Shown here: piece after piece, positions 60,201 through 64,000 of the stretch
Layout of the letters: each line of letters starts with the position of its first letter
How positions within the stretch are numbered: position 1 is the stretch's first letter
Assembly: GCA_014905635.1 (NCBI GenBank)
Contig: JABVCE010000007.1
Span: 992,001 to 1,056,000 of the forward strand
DNA from: Scenedesmus sp. PABB004
Lineage: Eukaryota
Direction: 5' to 3'
DNA length: 64,000 bases
The notes under the pieces: model-generated
What the model was told of the DNA's origin: nothing
Database searches by the model: none
Seen by the model: only the letters and a program-made list of their open reading frames with translations
Position numbers and translations under genes: made by a program

Positions 60201-63200
60201 GAGTTGGTCCACAGTAGTGCATGGAGCTCTCAAGATGAGCGCCAGGGCGCTGGGCTCTGCACTTGCATCAGGTAGTGCAGTCAGCAACAACCGGCAGTCG
60301 TTGCGGTTCTCACCATCAAGCATTGTTGAAGGACAATATGCTTGATAGATGTCCGGAGATCCAAAATGGACAAGAACGGCAAGGTCTGCTGTGGCTGTTA
60401 CCCCTGGGCTTATCACCGTTGGCGTGATGGCACCAACTTCACAAGCACCATACTGGGGCACAGTAGGCAATGGCGACGGGGACACAGCCGGTGCCGGGTT
60501 GGGCGATGCCGGCTCAGGGCTGGGCGATGGCGGTGGCTCTGGGCTGGGCGACGCCGGCTCTGGGCTGGGCGATGGCGGTGGCTCTGGGCCGGGCGATGGT
60601 GGTGGCTCTGGGCTGGGCGACGGCGATGCAGCCGGCGCCGGGCTGGGCGATGCCGGCTCAGGGCTGGGCGATGGCGGTGGCTCTGGGCTGGGCGACGGCG
60701 ACGCAGCCGGCGCCGGGCTGGGCGATGCCGGCTCTGGGCTGGGCGATGGCGGTGGCTCTGGGCTGGGTGAGGGCAACGCAGCCGGCGCCGGGCTGGGCGA
60801 TGCCGGCTCTGGGCTCGGCGATGGCGGTGGCTCTGGGCTGGGTGAGGGCGACGCAGCCGGCGCCGGGCTGGGCGATGCCGGCTCAGGGCTGGGCGATGGC
60901 GGTGGCTCTGGGCTGGGTGAGGGCAACGCAGCCGGCGCCGGGCTGGGCGATGCCGGCTCAGGGCTGGGCGATGGCGGTGGCTCTGGGCTGGGTGAGGGCA
61001 ACGCAGCCGGCGCCGGGCTGGGCGATGCCGGCTCAGGGCTGGGCGATGGCGGTGGCTCTGGGCTGGGCGACGGCAACGCAGCCGGCGCCGGGCTGGGCGA
61101 TGCCGGCTCAGGGCCGGGCGATGGTGGTGGCTCTGGGCTGGGCGACGGCGACGCAGCCGGCGCCGGGCTGGGCGATGCCGGCTCAGGGCTGGGCGATGGC
61201 GGTGGCTCTGGGCTGGGCGATGGCGGTGGCTCTGGGCTGGGTGAGGGCAACGCAGCCGGCGCCGGGCTGGGCGATGCCGGCTCAGGGCTGGGCGATGGCG
61301 GTGGCTCTGGGCTGGGCGATGGCGGTGGCTCTGGGCTGGGTGAGGGCAACGCAGCCGGCGCCGGGCTGGGCGATGCCGGCTCAGGGCTGGGCGATGGCGG
61401 TGGCCCTGGGCTGGGCGAGGGCTGCACCGTAGGCGATGGTGACGGCGACGGCGACGCAGCCGGCGCGGGGCTGGGCGACGACGGCGCGGGGCTGGGCGAT
61501 GGTGCCAAGAGCACGCAGCCTGCATTTGCTGTGTAGCAAGTCCCCGGCCCCCACTTGACGAAGCACCGAGAAGCAATCCGGCATCCATACTTCGAACTGT
61601 CCGCTTTGCAGCTCGGAGCAGTACAGTTATTGCCGCCAATGGTTGAGTTGGTCGTGCAGCAGAGATCGTTGCTGCATGGTCCCGAGCAAGGGTACGCATT
61701 GACCATTGGGAAAGGGTCACTTGAAGCTGGCGCAGGGCTGGGCGATGGTGATGGGCTGGGCGATGGTGACGGGCTGGGCGATGGAGATGGGCTGGGCGAT
61801 GGCGATGGGCGGGGTGATGGCGATGGGCTGGGCAAAGGTGCGGGGTTTGGCGATGGAGATGGCGATGGGTTGGGCGACGGCGACGGGCTGGACACCGCAG
61901 GTAGCAGCGCTGTCAACTCGTCCACTCCATTGTGCCTCACGCGCAGCGAGAAGTCCCAGTGAAACACAATGACAAGGCGCTCGACACGCGGCCCCGCTTT
62001 GAATTTAAAATCGGTGGGCTCTGGACCATACGTCCACTCACGATAGTGGCCAAGGCGCGCGGCGGGCAGGAAGCTGACTGGGCTGACTTTGTCGCGCCGG
62101 TACCCAGCCACGTTTGCCCCGTCGCTCCAGGTGGGAAATATTTGGTAGTAATCAGAGATGTTGTACGCAGGAACCATGTAATCGCGGTTTATAGCGTTCC
62201 CGTTGGCATCCACGTAGAACCCCTCACAGCCGTATGACCCCGTTCGGGTGTGGGCCATTCGGCCGTTCCCTAGGTCTGCTGCGTCAAGTGTATCAATGCA
62301 GCCAAATGGCATAGCCCAAAAAGCCCAGCCTGGGTTGTAATAGGGCTTTGAGTCAACGCCAATGTAGCTGCTGCCATTGGCGTACGTAGAGGCATATGCA
62401 GGGCCGGTGTTGTTGTTTTGCGAGGGGGTCACTATGTACGGAGCGTCGTACCGGACCAAAGACGCCCAGCGCGACTGGTTGCGCTTTTTATAACTGCCCC
62501 AGTTGTCCCAAGTCTCAATGGACAAAACATCCACTTCCCACGTGGGGCGCAAGCTCTGCCACAGGTCTGCCACCCAAATGATTTGCTCGTCCATTACGTC
62601 AGAGTCGTCCAATGATTTGTAGGGAACATAGTCCAACCCATATGGGTTTGATTTGGGTGATTGATCCCAATACTTCGCGTTGTATGTGGCAGAGATGAGC
62701 GGATGACCAAGGAAGCTCCTGCAACGAATCAAGTGAGCGTGGCAGGCAGCGTACGTGAATTCCGCACGCGGCAAAGCTATTTTGGCGGCTGAGCTGCGCA
62801 AACTCACATGTATGACAGTTTAGGAAGGCCAGTTATCCAAGTTAGCGGTATCGTGCCAAACAATTTGCCATTGCCAGACCAGTCCGTGAAGTCACTGCAT
62901 TCGCGTTGCAAACGGAGGCGTGAGGTGAGGTGATTTTCATGGCGCAACGAGCGACCCCCAACCAACCACCCCAACCACGCACATAATCTCCAAGTTGTGC
63001 AGGGTAGACATATTCGTGTCAGGCTGCACTGTGCCCCAGGCAGCCGGCAGGGTTCCATACACAACTGCTGGCCAGCGGTCCGTTGGCGCAACACCAGCGG
63101 CTTGCAAGTGCGCTTTGAACGGAGCATTGCCTTGCTTGAAGAGCTCGTAGGTGCTGGGGTCCCTAAACAATACGCCCATAGACTGCTGAGGGGTGAAGGT

Positions 63201-63420
63201 AGAATTGTAGCCCAACGCGGTCAAGTTGAGCAAACCGGGCCACTCGGCAGTGGTACCATTGAACGGCATCACGGCTTGCTCTGATGCACGATCCTTCCAA
63301 CCCCACAGCACGTACCTCCCTGCATTCATGCTTTCAGGTACCATCGATGCATCACGCTCCCACTCCTCGGGCACGTCGGCGTCTTCCCAAACAATTGGAA
63401 ACGACAGGTTTCTTATAATT
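57293..63420 (-). CDS. Large membrane-anchored hydroxyproline-rich glycoprotein-like protein: LRR-like segment, Cys-rich module, (Ser-Pro) rod, Ig-like domain, multipass TM region; 5' end beyond the right edge
   Basis: Exons give [19 protein letters not shown]...LPKLSY (LRR-like), long SPSP repeats, [10 protein letters not shown]...ARIVFSEAV...YKDQAGN (bacterial-Ig-like), [30 protein letters not shown] and several hydrophobic helices; TGA at 57293; TGTAA at ~57267-57271. Confidence 0.75.
60470..61500 (-). repeat. Coding minisatellite, ~75-bp unit encoding [25 protein letters not shown]
   Basis: GGGCAACGCAGCCGGCGCCGGGCTG-type blocks recur at 75-bp spacing (e.g. 60771, 60846, 60921, 60996) with 24-bp variants. 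Confidence 0.92.
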
Positions 63421-63432
63421 CTGCGTGCGGCA

Positions 63433-64000
63433 CAGGCGCCGGCGAGCGAGGTGCCGGCGCGCGCACGCCGCCGCCGGCGCGGCGCGCGCTGCGGCTGCAG
63501 CCGCGAGCGGCCGCCTCGCTGGCCAGGCGCCGGCGAGCGAGGTGCCGGCGCGCGCACGCCGCCGCCCGCGCGGCGCGCGCTGCGGCTGCAGCCGCGAGCG
63601 GCCGCCTCGCTGGCCAGGCGCCGGCGAGCGAGGTGCCGGCGCGCGCAGGCCGCCGCCCGCGCGGCGCGCGCTGTGGCTGCAGCCGCGAGTGGCCGCCTCG
63701 CTGTCCAGGCGCCGGCGAGCGAGGTGCCGGCGCGCGCAGGCCGCCGCCCGCGCGGCGCGCGCTGCGGCTGCAGCCGCGAGCGGCCGCCTCGCTGGCCAGG
63801 CGCCGGCGAGCGAGGTGCCGGCGCGCGCACGCCGCCGCCCGCGCGGCGCGCGCTGCGGCTGCAGCCGCGAGCGGCCGCCTCGCTGGCCAGGCGCCGGCGA
63901 GCGAGGTGCCGGCGCGCGCAGGCCGCCGCCCGCGCGGCGCGCGCTGCGGCTGCAGCCGCGAGCGGCCGCTTCGCTGGCCAGGCGCCGGCGAGCGAGGTGC
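63433..64000. repeat. Intronic 91-bp GC-rich tandem repeat, more than 6 copies, continuing off the window
   Basis: CAGGCGCCGGCGAGCGAGGTGCCGGCGCGCGCA recurs at 63433, 63524 and onward at 91-bp spacing; starts just upstream (in gene sense) of the acceptor at 63421-63422. Confidence 0.93.

Noticed and set aside
57500..63420. Recent bacterial or viral horizontal transfer
   Set aside because: Native-style introns, a TGTAA signal and an algal HRGP-type rod argue for a host gene despite lower GC
60470..64000. CRISPR-like array
   Set aside because: Repeats are head-to-tail with no unique spacers, one array is coding (Ser-Pro rod), there are no cas genes and the context is eukaryotic

Overview
Very GC-rich, intron-dense eukaryotic nuclear DNA that looks like a chlorophyte green alga (short introns with GTGCG/GTGAG donors, CTCAC/CTGAC branch motifs, TGTAA poly(A) signals). 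Most long six-frame ORFs are GC artefacts; the real genes are spliced. Left to right: a partial unknown gene, an SR splicing factor, HRD3/SEL1L, an mTERF protein, two tandem genes encoding EFFECTOR-OF-TRANSCRIPTION-like GIY-YIG nucleases (one with SAP-like domains, both with organelle-presequence-like N-termini), a secreted unknown protein, SEC24, a Ycf33/DUF751 protein, an AAE17/18-type acyl-activating enzyme, an OPR/RAP-like helical-repeat protein, a 22-kb TRA1/TRRAP gene and the 3' part of a lower-GC gene for an LRR-like / Ser-Pro rod / Ig-like / multipass membrane protein. TRRAP is bracketed by rearrangement debris: a ~1.23-kb inverted duplication (30741-31971 vs 56749-57983), a decayed copy of the HRD3-mTERF bidirectional promoter region with an internal inversion, and a 5'-truncated but otherwise intact class I aldolase. 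Best candidates for novelty: the GIY-YIG(-SAP) tandem pair, the mTERF-promoter/aldolase chimera, the membrane-anchored HRGP receptor-like protein, and frequent GC-AG introns. Family calls come from motif recognition only; no searches were run.
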